This document shows, piece after piece, positions 41,944-51,721 of a DNA stretch of 64,000 nt. Source of the DNA: an uncultured Actinomycetes bacterium (GTDB lineage Bacteria > Actinomycetota > Thermoleophilia > Solirubrobacterales > Solirubrobacteraceae). Position 1 is the stretch's first letter. Each line of letters starts with the position of its first letter. The position numbers and the translations under genes are program-made. Below the pieces are notes generated by a model. It did not search any database. It was not told the origin of the DNA and saw nothing but the letters and a program-made list of their open reading frames with translations. The stretch lies in assembly GCA_963751065.1 (NCBI GenBank), contig CAVVTD010000008.1:4764-68763 (forward strand), in the 5' to 3' direction.

Positions 41944-42858
41944 ATGAGCCGCCGGCGGCTGGCGCGCACGGCATGCGTGCTGGCGGCGATCGCCGCCGGG
42001 CTCGCCGGCTGCGGGCAGGGTGACGACTCGCGCGCGGGCGGGGCGCCGTCGATCCGGCTCGTCGACCCGACGAAGCCGCCGCCGCTCGTCAACACGCTCG
42101 ACATCGACCCCGCGACGCAGGAATTCCTGCTCACGACCAACCGCGGCTTCTTCCGGATCTCGCGCTCGGGGAAGGTGCAGACGGTGCGCGGCACCGTGCA
42201 CACGGGCACGGCGTCAGGACCGCTCGGCGCGTTCCTCGAGCTCGCCGCGACGGGGCCCGGCCGGCTCGTCGGGTCGGGCCATCCCGCGACGACCGACACC
42301 CTGCCGGAGTTCCTCGGCGTGATGGAGTCCGACGACGGCGGGCGCACATGGCGAGTGATCTCCCGCCTCGGCCAGAGCGACGTGCACAAGTTCGTGATCA
42401 AGCACGACCGCCTCTACGCGATCGACTCGGCGACCGGCACGCTGCTCGTCTCGCGCGACGGTGGGCGCACGTTCGTCGGCGAGCAGTTCACCCCGAGCGG
42501 CGTGCTGATCGCCGACTTCGAGGTCGACCCGGCGAACCCGCGGCGCATCGTGGCGGCGAGCGACAGCGAGCTGTTCGTCTCGGCGAACGGCGGCGCGGCG
42601 TGGACGCGGCTGGACCGCGCGTCCGGTGTCCGCCTCGCGTGGCCGGCGCCTGACGCGCTGTACCGGGCGGTGAAGGACGGCAGCGTGCAGCGCTCGTCCG
42701 ACCGCGGCGCGTCCTGGCAGACGACGGGGCGCGTCGGCGGCGAGCCCTACCGCTTCAAGGCCGTGTCCCGCGACGAGCTCTATCTCGCGCTGAGCGACGG
42801 CACGATCGTCCACACGCGCGACGGGGGTCGCACGTGGGACGAGGCGTTCGTGCCGTAG
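41944..42858 (+). CDS. lipoprotein with BNR/Asp-box beta-propeller repeats
   Basis: Lipobox AAGLAGC. Five Asp-box-like repeats: SDDGGRTW, SRDGGRTF, SANGGAAW, SSDRGASW, TRDGGRTW. Confidence 0.75.
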   Translation: MSRRRLARTACVLAAIAAGLAGCGQGDDSRAGGAPSIRLVDPTKPPPLVNTLDIDPATQEFLLTTNRGFFRISRSGKVQTVRGTVHTGTASGPLGAFLELAATGPGRLVGSGHPATTDTLPEFLGVMESDDGGRTWRVISRLGQSDVHKFVIKHDRLYAIDSATGTLLVSRDGGRTFVGEQFTPSGVLIADFEVDPANPRRIVAASDSELFVSANGGAAWTRLDRASGVRLAWPAPDALYRAVKDGSVQRSSDRGASWQTTGRVGGEPYRFKAVSRDELYLALSDGTIVHTRDGGRTWDEAFVP

Positions 42859-43116
42859 GCGTGAGCAGGTCGCGTCTGTCGATGTTCACAGTGACGAGCA
42901 GCGGCGGATAGAGGCGATAGCGGGCGCTGCTCATGGCCTGGCACGGTGGGTGATTCGACCGCGCGCGACGATGCTCTGCGACCGTCCGTGCGGAATTTCG
43001 CGAGCGCAGCGGGTCCGGCACGCGCTGCGTCCGCGATCTGCCCATCGACCGGTTCTGCCTCAACGCAGCAGCAGCGGAGCGCCGCCGGGACTGCCCCGGT
43101 CGTCGCTAAGCGTCCG

Positions 43117-43386
43117 TCAGCGGTTTCGGCGTCGCGCCAGTAGTTCTCGAAGCGGGTGCCAGTACCGACCGGTGCGAAGCCAGACTCCCAACCCCACGCC
43201 CGCGAGCGCCAGGCATAAGACGGCGAAGCTCGGCCAGCCATCGAGCGCGACGGCAGCGGCGACGACAATCGCTAAAGCTCCCATGCCCCAGTGGAAGATG
43301 CTGGCTTGTACATCCCATCCCGAGACCTCGCCTGCGGGCCTTCGGTTCAGCCAGTTCCAAACGGACCTGTAGCGGAGCGACGGCAC
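43117..43386 (-). CDS. hypothetical small two-TM membrane protein
   Basis: Two hydrophobic helices (GMGALAIVVAAAVAL, FAVLCLALAGVGLGVWL) in a lower-GC stretch. The start is very uncertain. Confidence 0.3.
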   Translation of the reverse strand: MPSLRYRSVWNWLNRRPAGEVSGWDVQASIFHWGMGALAIVVAAAVALDGWPSFAVLCLALAGVGLGVWLRTGRYWHPLRELLARRRNR

Positions 43387-43552
43387 ATGCAAGACGCTAG
43401 CTGAGACTTCTGCTTCGCCTGAATGCGGGCGCGGCGTCGAGCTCGGCGGGAGCGTCCGTGGACGCGCCAGGTGTGGTATCCGCACCCGGCGCGTCATCAC
43501 CGCCTCCGTCTGCGTGGGAGTGTGTCCAATCGCGTCGGTCGCACGCGCGTCC

Positions 43553-44503
43553 TCAATACGCGGCGGCGTAGATCGCGCGCAGCTCGTCGCGATCGGCGCG
43601 CGGCGGGGTGTTGTCGAGGTCGGGGCGCTCGGCGGCGCGGTCGGCGCACGTGTCGAGCGCGGCCTCGTCGACGCCGTGGTCGCGCAGGCGCGAGGACCGC
43701 GCGCGGCGGGCGAGGTCGGTGGCGAGCGCGACGAGCTCGCCGGCGCCGGGCGCTCCGCGGCGCTGCAGCGCGACGAGCGTGTGCGGCAGCATCGCCGCGT
43801 TCGACGGGCCGTGACCGACGCCGGCGAAGCGCGCGAGCGTCTGCGACATCACGTGATGCAGGCCGTAGTGGGCGCTGTCGATCGTGTAGCCCGACAACAG
43901 CGCGGCGAGGGCGAGCATGTCGCGGTCGGGCTCGCCGCCGTCGTCGACCCCGGCGTACGCCGCGCCGATCAGCCGCGCGGCCTCGGCGCCGGCCAGCGCC
44001 GGCACCGGGCTGGCGTACCGCGTCGCCGGGCCCTCGGCCGCGTGCGCCAGCGCGTTCGCCGCGCTCGCGGCGAGCTCGACCGCCGGTTGCGAGGCGCTCA
44101 GCGCCGGGTCGTTGACGACGATCGCCGGTCGCACGCCCGGCAGCGATCCGTCCGCGCCCGCCGCGCGTCGGTGCACGGCGGTCATCTCGGCCGCGCTCAA
44201 TGTCGTCGGGATCGCCGCCACGCGCCCGCGCGCGCCGGGCTCGCGCGCGGCCACGAGCGCCTTGGCGGTGTCGACGACCCGTCCGCCGCCCAGCGCGACG
44301 ATCAACGCACCCGCGCCGGCGTCGACCTCCTCGAGCAGTGCGCCGGCGAGCTCGTCGACGCGCCCGGCCGGCACGTCGTGGACGACGCCGGCGTGCTCTG
44401 CGAGCGCCGGCGCCGCCGCACGAGCGCGGGGGGTGGTCAGCAGCGTGTAGCCGTCGCCGAGCGACGGCAGTGCGACGGCGAGCGCGTCATGCCCGAAGTG
44501 CAC
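43553..44503 (-). CDS. iron-containing alcohol dehydrogenase family protein (maleylacetate reductase-like)
   Basis: Blocks seen: ALGGGRVVDTAKA, IPTTLSAAEM, and His-rich YGLHHVMSQTL...GHG. The frame stays open about 17 codons upstream of the GTG without a canonical start. Confidence 0.7.
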   Translation of the reverse strand: MHFGHDALAVALPSLGDGYTLLTTPRARAAAPALAEHAGVVHDVPAGRVDELAGALLEEVDAGAGALIVALGGGRVVDTAKALVAAREPGARGRVAAIPTTLSAAEMTAVHRRAAGADGSLPGVRPAIVVNDPALSASQPAVELAASAANALAHAAEGPATRYASPVPALAGAEAARLIGAAYAGVDDGGEPDRDMLALAALLSGYTIDSAHYGLHHVMSQTLARFAGVGHGPSNAAMLPHTLVALQRRGAPGAGELVALATDLARRARSSRLRDHGVDEAALDTCADRAAERPDLDNTPPRADRDELRAIYAAAY

Positions 44504-44741
44504 GGTGCGCTCGCCGTCCCTCCAAGTGAAGCCGTTGCCTGCGATGCGCCTATCTCAGCACGCTTCGCACGGCCGCGCGCGCCACGCCGGACGCCACCGG
44601 CGCCGCCGCACGGCGTCCGGCGGGGCGCGCAGCGCTCGGTCGGGCGCCCGCCCGTCCAGCCGCGCGGCGTGCCAGGCTGCACCGGTGGCCATCGAGCCGG
44701 CGGCGTCGGTGGCGTGCGTGACGTACGCGACGAACGCGGCG

Positions 44742-45056
44742 CTATGCACGGACGGCGACCGGCCGCAGGGACTTGGCGACGCGACCGACGAACGAGCCGC
44801 GGACGCTGCGGGTGTTGTGGGAGGCGCGGGCGTGCAGGCGCAGCAGGTCGACGAGCTCGCCGGTGTAGGCGAACGGGTCGGCGGCGACGCTGCCGTCGCT
44901 CAGGTCCAGGGCGGCGCGGATGACGCCGTCGACCTCGGCGATGAGGACGGGGCCGCGCAGCGCCTCACGGCTGTCGAGGATCGCCAGCTCCTCGAGCGTG
45001 CGGGCGTCCGCGTCGGTGGCGTGGCGTATGGCGATGGAATCGAGATGGGTGCTCAT
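44742..45056 (-). CDS. hypothetical protein
   Basis: 104-aa protein-like sequence, divergent from the LysR gene. No motif recognised. Confidence 0.4.
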   Translation of the reverse strand: MSTHLDSIAIRHATDADARTLEELAILDSREALRGPVLIAEVDGVIRAALDLSDGSVAADPFAYTGELVDLLRLHARASHNTRSVRGSFVGRVAKSLRPVAVRA

Positions 45057-45159
45057 GGTGACCTCCTTCGGGGCTCTGGTGGTTCAACGCGATCAACGAT
45101 CCCAGCGTGATGGCAGAAGCACAAATGACATTTGGACGTGTTGTGGATAAGCTGCGCTA

Positions 45160-46095
45160 ATGCTCGACGTCAAGCGGTTGCGGGTTCTCCGCGAGGTCTC
45201 GTTGCGCGGCTCGTTCTCCGCCGCCGCCGAGACGCTCGCCTACACACAGTCGGCGGTCTCCCAGCAGATCGCCGCGCTGGAGCGCGAGGCGGGCACCGTG
45301 CTCGTCGAGCGCCGCGCACGCGGTGTGCACCTGACGGAGGCCGGCCGCGCGCTCGTGGCCCACGCCGACGTGATCCTCGCCCGGCTGTCGGACGCCGAGG
45401 CCGAGCTCGAGGCGATCGCCGGCATGCGCGGCGGGCGCGTGCGCATGGTCTCGTTCCCGACGGCCGGGGCGACGATCGCGCCGCGCGCCATCGCGCGCTT
45501 CCGCGAGCGCCACCCCGGCGTCGACGTGACGCTCGCGCCGCGCGAGCCCGACGAGGGACTGGAGTGCGTGAAGACCGGAGAGTGCGACATCGCGCTGACC
45601 GTCGAGGCCGGCTTCGAGCCGATCGCCGATCCGGCGATCGAGCGCCGGCACCTGCTCGACGACCCGATGTACCTCTGCGTGCCGGCCGGCCACCGGGTGG
45701 CGAAGAAGCCGCGCATCCGCCTCTCGGACCTCGCCGAGGAGAACTGGGTCATGGGCACGACGAGCCGCTGCCCGGACGGCGTCATCCTCGAGCGCGCCTG
45801 CCAGGCTGCCGGCTTCGAGCCGCGCGTGGCGTTTCAGTCCGACGACTACGTCGCGATCCAGGGCTTCATCGCGGCCGGCGTCGGCGTCTGCCTGATCCCC
45901 GACCTCGCGCTCGTCGCCGTGCGCGACGACGTCGTCATCCGCTGCCTGGAGGGGCGTCCCCCGGTGCGGCGGATCCTCGCGGCGACGCTGGCGGGCGGCT
46001 ACGTCTCGCCGGCGTCCGCGGTCATGCTCGAGATCCTCGCCGAGGTGGGCGCCGAGTGGGCCGCCCAGCAGGGCTCGCTCGCGCAGGCCAGCTGA
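45160..46095 (+). CDS. LysR family transcriptional regulator
   Basis: N-terminal HTH LRVLREVSLRGSFSAAAETLAYTQSAVSQQIAALE plus a LysR substrate-binding domain. Confidence 0.9.
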   Translation: MLDVKRLRVLREVSLRGSFSAAAETLAYTQSAVSQQIAALEREAGTVLVERRARGVHLTEAGRALVAHADVILARLSDAEAELEAIAGMRGGRVRMVSFPTAGATIAPRAIARFRERHPGVDVTLAPREPDEGLECVKTGECDIALTVEAGFEPIADPAIERRHLLDDPMYLCVPAGHRVAKKPRIRLSDLAEENWVMGTTSRCPDGVILERACQAAGFEPRVAFQSDDYVAIQGFIAAGVGVCLIPDLALVAVRDDVVIRCLEGRPPVRRILAATLAGGYVSPASAVMLEILAEVGAEWAAQQGSLAQAS

Positions 46096-46214
46096 GTCTT
46101 GGATCCAGGCTGCGCGAAAACGTTTTGCGCCGCGGTGATCCAACCGGCGCTTCGCCGCGAAAAAGCTGTCACCGGACGCCGAGTCCCCCCTGGGCGTCCC
46201 GCAGCACGCAGACA

Positions 46215-46251
46215 GCGCGATCGCCCATCCTCCCCTGCCGGGCGATCGCGC
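46215..46251. promoter_or_regulatory. perfect 12-bp inverted repeat (GCGCGATCGCCC / GGGCGATCGCGC) with 13-nt loop
   Basis: Read directly from the sequence. It lies in the 234-nt gap between the LysR stop (46095) and the GTG at 46330. It could be a terminator hairpin or an operator. Confidence 0.35.
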
Positions 46252-46329
46252 ATCTGCTTGTCCTGTGCTCCGCGCTCCCCGCGCGCGCATCCGGCGGGGC
46301 CGAGGTCTCGGAGCCGTTAGGCTGAGTTC

Positions 46330-46671
46330 GTGCCGATCCGCTTCATCTTCCGCTGCCAGTACTGCGACGCGCAGCCTGATCCGATGACGCAGATGAGCCT
46401 CGAGAAGGCCATGCGCGAGAACACGTGGGGGGCCTACCAGGACGCGCTGCCGGGGCGCTGGCTCGTCTTCCACGGGCGCGGGATGTACGGCTGCGCGCGA
46501 TATGCCTGCGAGGAGCACCGCGGTGACCTCGTCTCATTCCTCCGCGCCCATTACGGCACGATCGGGTTCCACGTGTGGAAGCGGCCGCCCTATCCGTCGA
46601 GCCTCGCGCACGCCGACACCGACAACGCCTGGAACGTGGCCACGCGCCGCCAGGGGGGCTGGGGCTCGTGA
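46330..46671 (+). CDS. hypothetical Cys-containing protein
   Basis: 113 aa with CQYC...CARYAC pattern and a GTG start. Composition is protein-like. Confidence 0.45.
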   Translation: MPIRFIFRCQYCDAQPDPMTQMSLEKAMRENTWGAYQDALPGRWLVFHGRGMYGCARYACEEHRGDLVSFLRAHYGTIGFHVWKRPPYPSSLAHADTDNAWNVATRRQGGWGS

Positions 46672-46684
46672 TATGGCGCCCGCG

Positions 46685-47488
46685 TCAGGCGCGACGGCGT
46701 CGGCCGGGGCGTAGTCCCGCCGCAGCCATCAGCGCGACGACGACGATCACCAGCAGCAGATAGCTCAGCGGCGCGCCGCCGGCATCGCCGACGGTCGCCG
46801 ACAGCGGCCTGACCTCGCCGTCGACGAGCTTCGCGTCAGCCGTCGCCTTGCTGCCGAAGTTGCCCTCCGCACCGGCCACGAGAATCGCGACGAGCGCCGC
46901 CTTGCCCGACGCCGTCTCGATGTTGTCGACGGTCGACACGCCGAGCGCGTCAAACGCGTTGACGAACGAGCGCTTGGCCGACGACATCTCCACGTACGCG
47001 CGCGGCACGTCGTCGGAACCCTCCACGACCCCCTTCTCGAAGGCGGCCATTTCGCCCTTCAGAGCCCGACCCCGGGTAAAGACGGCATGCGTGCCGTCGC
47101 CGAGGACCGGCGCGTAACCGATCAGCTCCTGCAGCACGGCCGCAGTCGCGGGGGCCGGATCGACGATGAGCCGGCCGACTGCCCGCCCGACATCCTCGGC
47201 GTCGCCGGAGGACAGCCGTCGCGCGATCGGTGAGTTCAGGAAGCGCTTGATGTCCTTGGTCGTCACCGCGGCGGTGGCGCCTGGCGCGATCCCGCCCTGG
47301 CGGAGCGCAAGGTCGATCTGGACCTGCAGCTGCACCGACACCGGTCCGAGCGAGATGCGCAGGGTCAGGCCGGCGCTCGGTCCGGGGCCCGTGTACTGGT
47401 TCACGGCGGGCGCCTGCGCGGCGGCCGGCGCGGCGTGAAGCAGTGCTGCGATGAAGATCGGGCAGGCCAGTCGTGCGACACGCTTCAT
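46685..47488 (-). CDS. secreted protein with C-terminal membrane anchor
   Basis: Signal peptide MKRVARLACPIFIAALLHAAPAAAQA. C-terminal anchor LSYLLLVIVVVALMAAAGL followed by RPGRRRRA. Confidence 0.55.
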   Translation of the reverse strand: MKRVARLACPIFIAALLHAAPAAAQAPAVNQYTGPGPSAGLTLRISLGPVSVQLQVQIDLALRQGGIAPGATAAVTTKDIKRFLNSPIARRLSSGDAEDVGRAVGRLIVDPAPATAAVLQELIGYAPVLGDGTHAVFTRGRALKGEMAAFEKGVVEGSDDVPRAYVEMSSAKRSFVNAFDALGVSTVDNIETASGKAALVAILVAGAEGNFGSKATADAKLVDGEVRPLSATVGDAGGAPLSYLLLVIVVVALMAAAGLRPGRRRRA

Positions 47489-47649
47489 TGTGCGGACACC
47501 TCCGTGAGGTCGTGCGGGGCCGTCCGTTTCTAGCCTGTGGTGTTGCGTGCGCCGCGCGGCCTTTCGAGCGCGAGCCCTGGCAGCGGCGTATCTGTGCGGA
47601 AACTCCAACTCGCACACGCCGCCGGCGGCGGACCCTACGGTTGCGTCTC

Positions 47650-49224
47650 GTGATCGCGCGAACGCTCACCGTCGACCGCGTGCGCGCCGCGCCCACGCGC
47701 GCGCGTGGACGGGCGCCCACGCAGGGGCTGCCGGGCGCAGCCGCGGCGGTCGTGCTCGGCAGCGTGCTGCTCGCGCTCGCGTTCGATGACGGGGGCTACT
47801 TTCCGAGCGCGGTCACCATGGCCGCGGTGGCCGCGACCACCGCGCTTGTCCTCCTCCTCGCGATGCCGGCCGCGCGGATCGGACTCACCGCCTCGCCGGG
47901 GACAGCGGCGTTCGTCGCGCTGGCGGCGCTTGCCGCCTGGACGGGCGCATCGGCGCGCTGGTCGCCGACCCCCGACGCCGCCCTCGTGGATCTGCGACGC
48001 GGCGTGCTCTACGCCACGCTGTTCGGTCTCGCGCTCGTCGCGACGGCCGGTGCGCGACCGGCACGCAGGGCCGTCGAGCTCGTGCTCGGCGTGATCGTCG
48101 TCGTCGCGGGCGCCGGCGTGCTCAGCCGCCTGCAGCCCGAGCTGCTCGGTGCGACCCGCGGAGCCTCCGCGGTCTTCGATCTGCGGCTGAGCTACCCGCT
48201 CGGGTACTGGAACGCGTTCGGAGCACTGTCCGCGATCGGGGTCGTCCTGGCGCTCGGTCTCGCGGCGGACATGCGCGCACGGCCGGGCGTGCGCGTCGGC
48301 GCCGCCGCCGCGGGACCGTTGCTGATCGCCGCGATCTACCTATCGTTGTCGCGCGGCGCCTGGCCGTCGCTCGCGGCGGGCGTGCTCGCGCTCTTCGTGC
48401 TGTCTCCGTGGCGGCTGTCCGTCTCGCTCAGCGCTCTCGTGGCCGCCGTCGCCGGGTGGCTGGCGATCCTCGCCCTGCGATCACAGCCCGAGCTGCTCGA
48501 CGGCACCAGCCGGGCGGGCCCTGGCGCGGACCTGTTCACGATGCAGCTGACGATGCTGATGTGCGGTGCGGCAGTCGCGCAGGCACTGCTGACCGTGCCG
48601 GACCTGCGCCGTCGCGTCGCCCGGCGGACGGTGGCGGCCGTCGTCGCGCTGCTGGCGGTAGGGCTGGTCGCCGCGCTCGCCCCCGCTGGAGGCGCGAGCT
48701 GGCTCGCACAGCGTTACGAGGAGTTCCGCGCGCCCGCGTCCGCCATGGCCGTGAGCGGGCCGCAGCGTCTGCCATCGGCAGGCGGTGCGCGCCGCGAGGT
48801 GTACGCGGCCGCGCTCGACGGCTTCCGCGCGCAGCCGTTGCGCGGCGAGGGCGCGGGGTCGTTCGAGCAGCGCTGGGCGCGCACCGGCAGCGGTGGACTG
48901 TTCATGCGCGACGCCCACTCGCTCGTGCTGGGCACGATGGCCGAGCTCGGCGCGGTCGGCCTGCTGCTGATCGCGGTGTTCCTCGGTTGCGTCGCCCGTG
49001 CGACCCGCAGCTGCCGGCGCGGCGAGGGCGCGCTGACGCGCTCCGCCGCGGGCGCCGCCGCCGCGGCGGTCGTCACGTGGTTCGTCCACGCGTGCGTCGA
49101 CTGGGATTGGGAGATGCCGGCGCTCACCGGCTGTGCCCTCGTGCTCTGCGCGGCGCTGTTCGCGCGCGGGGCCGATCCACTGCAGAAGCTTGCCGTGCGC
49201 GAATCCGCGGCGGCCGAGACCTAG
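47650..49224 (+). CDS. O-antigen ligase/polymerase-like (Wzy_C-type) polytopic membrane protein
   Basis: More than 10 hydrophobic segments. The block IYLSLSRGAWPSLAAGVLALFVL resembles the Wzy_C signature. The start is uncertain (GTG 47650 or TTG 47641; the ORF opens at 47473). Confidence 0.65.
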   Translation: MIARTLTVDRVRAAPTRARGRAPTQGLPGAAAAVVLGSVLLALAFDDGGYFPSAVTMAAVAATTALVLLLAMPAARIGLTASPGTAAFVALAALAAWTGASARWSPTPDAALVDLRRGVLYATLFGLALVATAGARPARRAVELVLGVIVVVAGAGVLSRLQPELLGATRGASAVFDLRLSYPLGYWNAFGALSAIGVVLALGLAADMRARPGVRVGAAAAGPLLIAAIYLSLSRGAWPSLAAGVLALFVLSPWRLSVSLSALVAAVAGWLAILALRSQPELLDGTSRAGPGADLFTMQLTMLMCGAAVAQALLTVPDLRRRVARRTVAAVVALLAVGLVAALAPAGGASWLAQRYEEFRAPASAMAVSGPQRLPSAGGARREVYAAALDGFRAQPLRGEGAGSFEQRWARTGSGGLFMRDAHSLVLGTMAELGAVGLLLIAVFLGCVARATRSCRRGEGALTRSAAGAAAAAVVTWFVHACVDWDWEMPALTGCALVLCAALFARGADPLQKLAVRESAAAET

Positions 49225-49286
49225 CCTGGGCCGTCATCACCACGCCTGCCGACAGCTCGACGTTCCTGCGGCCGCTTCTGCGGGTC

Positions 49287-50882
49287 GTGCGCGTACGCCG
49301 GTGGTGGATCGGGCTGATGCTGCTCGTCGGTGTCGCCGCGGCGGTCGCGCTGTCGTCGACGCAGCCGGCGCGCTACGAGGCGGCGTCGCAGGTTCTCATC
49401 AGCCGCACGAACCTCGGCAACGTGCTGACCGGCACACCGGACCCGGCCGCCCAGGAGTTCGACTTCAACCGCATCATCCAGACACAGGCGAACCTCGCCC
49501 AGGTACCACGTGTCGCGCAGCGCACGCTCGACGCGTCGCGCCTTCGCGATCGCACGCCCGAGCAGTTCCTCGCGCAATCCACCGTCACGACGGATCCCAA
49601 CACCGACATCATCACCTTGGTCGTCCAGGACGCCGACCGTGCGATCGCCTCGCAACTGGCGAGCAATTACGCGCGCGAGTTCGTCGGCTACAAGCGCGAC
49701 GCGACGGTCAACCGCCTGATCGCGCTCCAGCGCGATCTGGAGAAGGAGGTCGCGCAGCTGTCGCCGCGCTCGGTCCTCGCCGATCAGGATCGCGTGCAGC
49801 TGCGGCGCATCCGCAACCTCATCTCGCTCGGCGACTCCTCGATCAGCGTCGTGCGGACGGCGCGCAGTGCCGAGCAGATCCAGCCCCAGCCGCTGCGCAA
49901 CGCGCTGCTCGGCCTCGTCCTCGGCCTCGTCGCCGGGATCGCGCTGGCGTTCGTCGTCGACGCGCTCGATACGCGCGTGCGCCGTGGCGAGGAGATCGAG
50001 GAGCTCTTCGGCATGCCGCTGCTCGCGCGCCTGCCGGCCCCGCCGCGGGCACTGCGCAGGGGCGATCGGATCGTGGCCCTCGAGCGACCCGAGAGCCCGG
50101 ACGCCGACGGCTTCCGCAGCCTGCGGACGGCGCTTGCCTTCGCCGACATCGACGGCCAGGCGCGGTCGATCGTCGTCTCCAGCGCGATCCAGTCAGAGGG
50201 CAAGTCGACGACCGTGGCGAACCTCGCGGTGACGCTCGCGCGCGGCGGGCGGCGCGTCATCCTCGTCGACCTCGACTTCCGCCGGCCGTATCTCGAGCGC
50301 TTCTTCGACCTGCCCGCGACGCCCGGGGCGACGAACGTCGTGCTCGGCGAGACGGCGATCGACGATGCGCTCAGCGCGATCGAATTCGGCCCGCACCTCG
50401 ACGCAGGCGCCGGCTCGAACGGACACGCGAACGGGATCCACGGCGCCAATGGCATGATCCGCGTCAACGGCGCCAACGGCCGTTCGGACGGAGCGGGCCC
50501 CGCGCTGCAGGTCATGCCGGCGGGAACGCTGCCGCCGAACGTCGGCGAGTTCGTCGCCAGCGCCGCACTGAGCGGTCTGCTCACGGCGCTGCGCGAGCGC
50601 TGCGACGTGCTGCTCATCGACACCCCGCCGCTGCTGCAGGTCGGCGACACGATGGCGCTCACGGCTCACGTCGACGCGCTCGTGGTCGTCACGCGGCTGG
50701 GCGTCGTGCGCCGGCACATGATCGAGGAGGTCAAGCGCCTGCTCACCGCATCACCGATCACCGTGCTCGGCGTCGTCATCACCGACGCCACGCTCGACGA
50801 GCCCGGCATGGGCTACGGCAACTACTACGACCTGCCGGCGAAGAGCAGCCGGCGAACCGCCCGACCGAGGAGCCGCGCATGA
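49287..50882 (+). CDS. polysaccharide co-polymerase (Wzz domain) fused to BY-type tyrosine autokinase
   Basis: It has an N-terminal TM helix, a Wzz-like periplasmic region and a second TM helix. Walker A is SEGKST, A' is VILVDLDFRRP and B is VLLIDTPP. The tail is Tyr-rich (GMGYGNYYD). The start is uncertain (GTG 49287). Confidence 0.8.
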   Translation: MRVRRWWIGLMLLVGVAAAVALSSTQPARYEAASQVLISRTNLGNVLTGTPDPAAQEFDFNRIIQTQANLAQVPRVAQRTLDASRLRDRTPEQFLAQSTVTTDPNTDIITLVVQDADRAIASQLASNYAREFVGYKRDATVNRLIALQRDLEKEVAQLSPRSVLADQDRVQLRRIRNLISLGDSSISVVRTARSAEQIQPQPLRNALLGLVLGLVAGIALAFVVDALDTRVRRGEEIEELFGMPLLARLPAPPRALRRGDRIVALERPESPDADGFRSLRTALAFADIDGQARSIVVSSAIQSEGKSTTVANLAVTLARGGRRVILVDLDFRRPYLERFFDLPATPGATNVVLGETAIDDALSAIEFGPHLDAGAGSNGHANGIHGANGMIRVNGANGRSDGAGPALQVMPAGTLPPNVGEFVASAALSGLLTALRERCDVLLIDTPPLLQVGDTMALTAHVDALVVVTRLGVVRRHMIEEVKRLLTASPITVLGVVITDATLDEPGMGYGNYYDLPAKSSRRTARPRSRA

Positions 50883-51715
50883 CCACCCAATCCGTCGAGG
50901 CCCCCAGGTCGCATCCGCGCAACGCCGCCGCGACGTTGCGCAAGCTGACGTCGTTCGGACGCGACTTCGGGCCCGGCTATGCCGCACTCGCGCTCGCCCG
51001 CAAGGCTGCCGGCTGGGTTCCGGATCGCATCGACGAGCGCATGCTCGCGATCGAGGGACGGCGGGGGGTGCTCGGACCCGCGCACAGGCGCTGGACGCAA
51101 CACTCCGTGACGACCAACCGCGATGTCTGGTCGGGCTGGGCGTGGGAGCAGGGCGGCGAGGAATGGACGGCATCGCAGGCATGGAAGGAGAGCCTCATCG
51201 AGCACGTGCTCGAACCGACGATGCCGCGCGGCGCGACGATCCTCGAGATCGGTCCTGGCGCGGGCCGCTGGACGGAGGCGCTGCACGGGCGCGCCGCGCA
51301 GCTCATCCTCGCCGACATCACCGACACGACGCTCGAGCTGTGCCGCGAGCGCCTCGGCGATCCGCCGGACGTCGCGTACGTGCGCACCGATGGCAGGGGC
51401 CTGACCGGCGTCTCGGAAGATGCCGTCGACGCGGTCTGGGCCTTCGACACGTTCGTGCACATCGCGCCGCTCGACGTCGCCGGCTACCTCGCCGACATCC
51501 GGCGGGTGCTGCGCCCCGGCGGGATCGCCGTGATCCATCACAGCGGCCGGCGCGACCGCGAAGGCTGGCGCAGCCCGATGACCGGCGCGCTGTTCGCTGC
51601 GCTCGCCGTCGAGCACGGCCTCGCCGTCGAGCGTCAGTTCGACACGTGGGGCGGCGGGCGCTTCGGCGTGCGCCTGCAGGGCGATGTCGTCACGCAGCTG
51701 CGCCGGCCGGCCTGA
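50879..51715 (+). CDS. class I SAM-dependent methyltransferase
   Basis: ATGA overlap with the upstream stop. Motif I ILEIGPGAGRW, plus LADITD and VWAFDTFVHI. Confidence 0.75.
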   Translation: MTTQSVEAPRSHPRNAAATLRKLTSFGRDFGPGYAALALARKAAGWVPDRIDERMLAIEGRRGVLGPAHRRWTQHSVTTNRDVWSGWAWEQGGEEWTASQAWKESLIEHVLEPTMPRGATILEIGPGAGRWTEALHGRAAQLILADITDTTLELCRERLGDPPDVAYVRTDGRGLTGVSEDAVDAVWAFDTFVHIAPLDVAGYLADIRRVLRPGGIAVIHHSGRRDREGWRSPMTGALFAALAVEHGLAVERQFDTWGGGRFGVRLQGDVVTQLRRPA

Positions 51716-51721
51716 CCGCGG

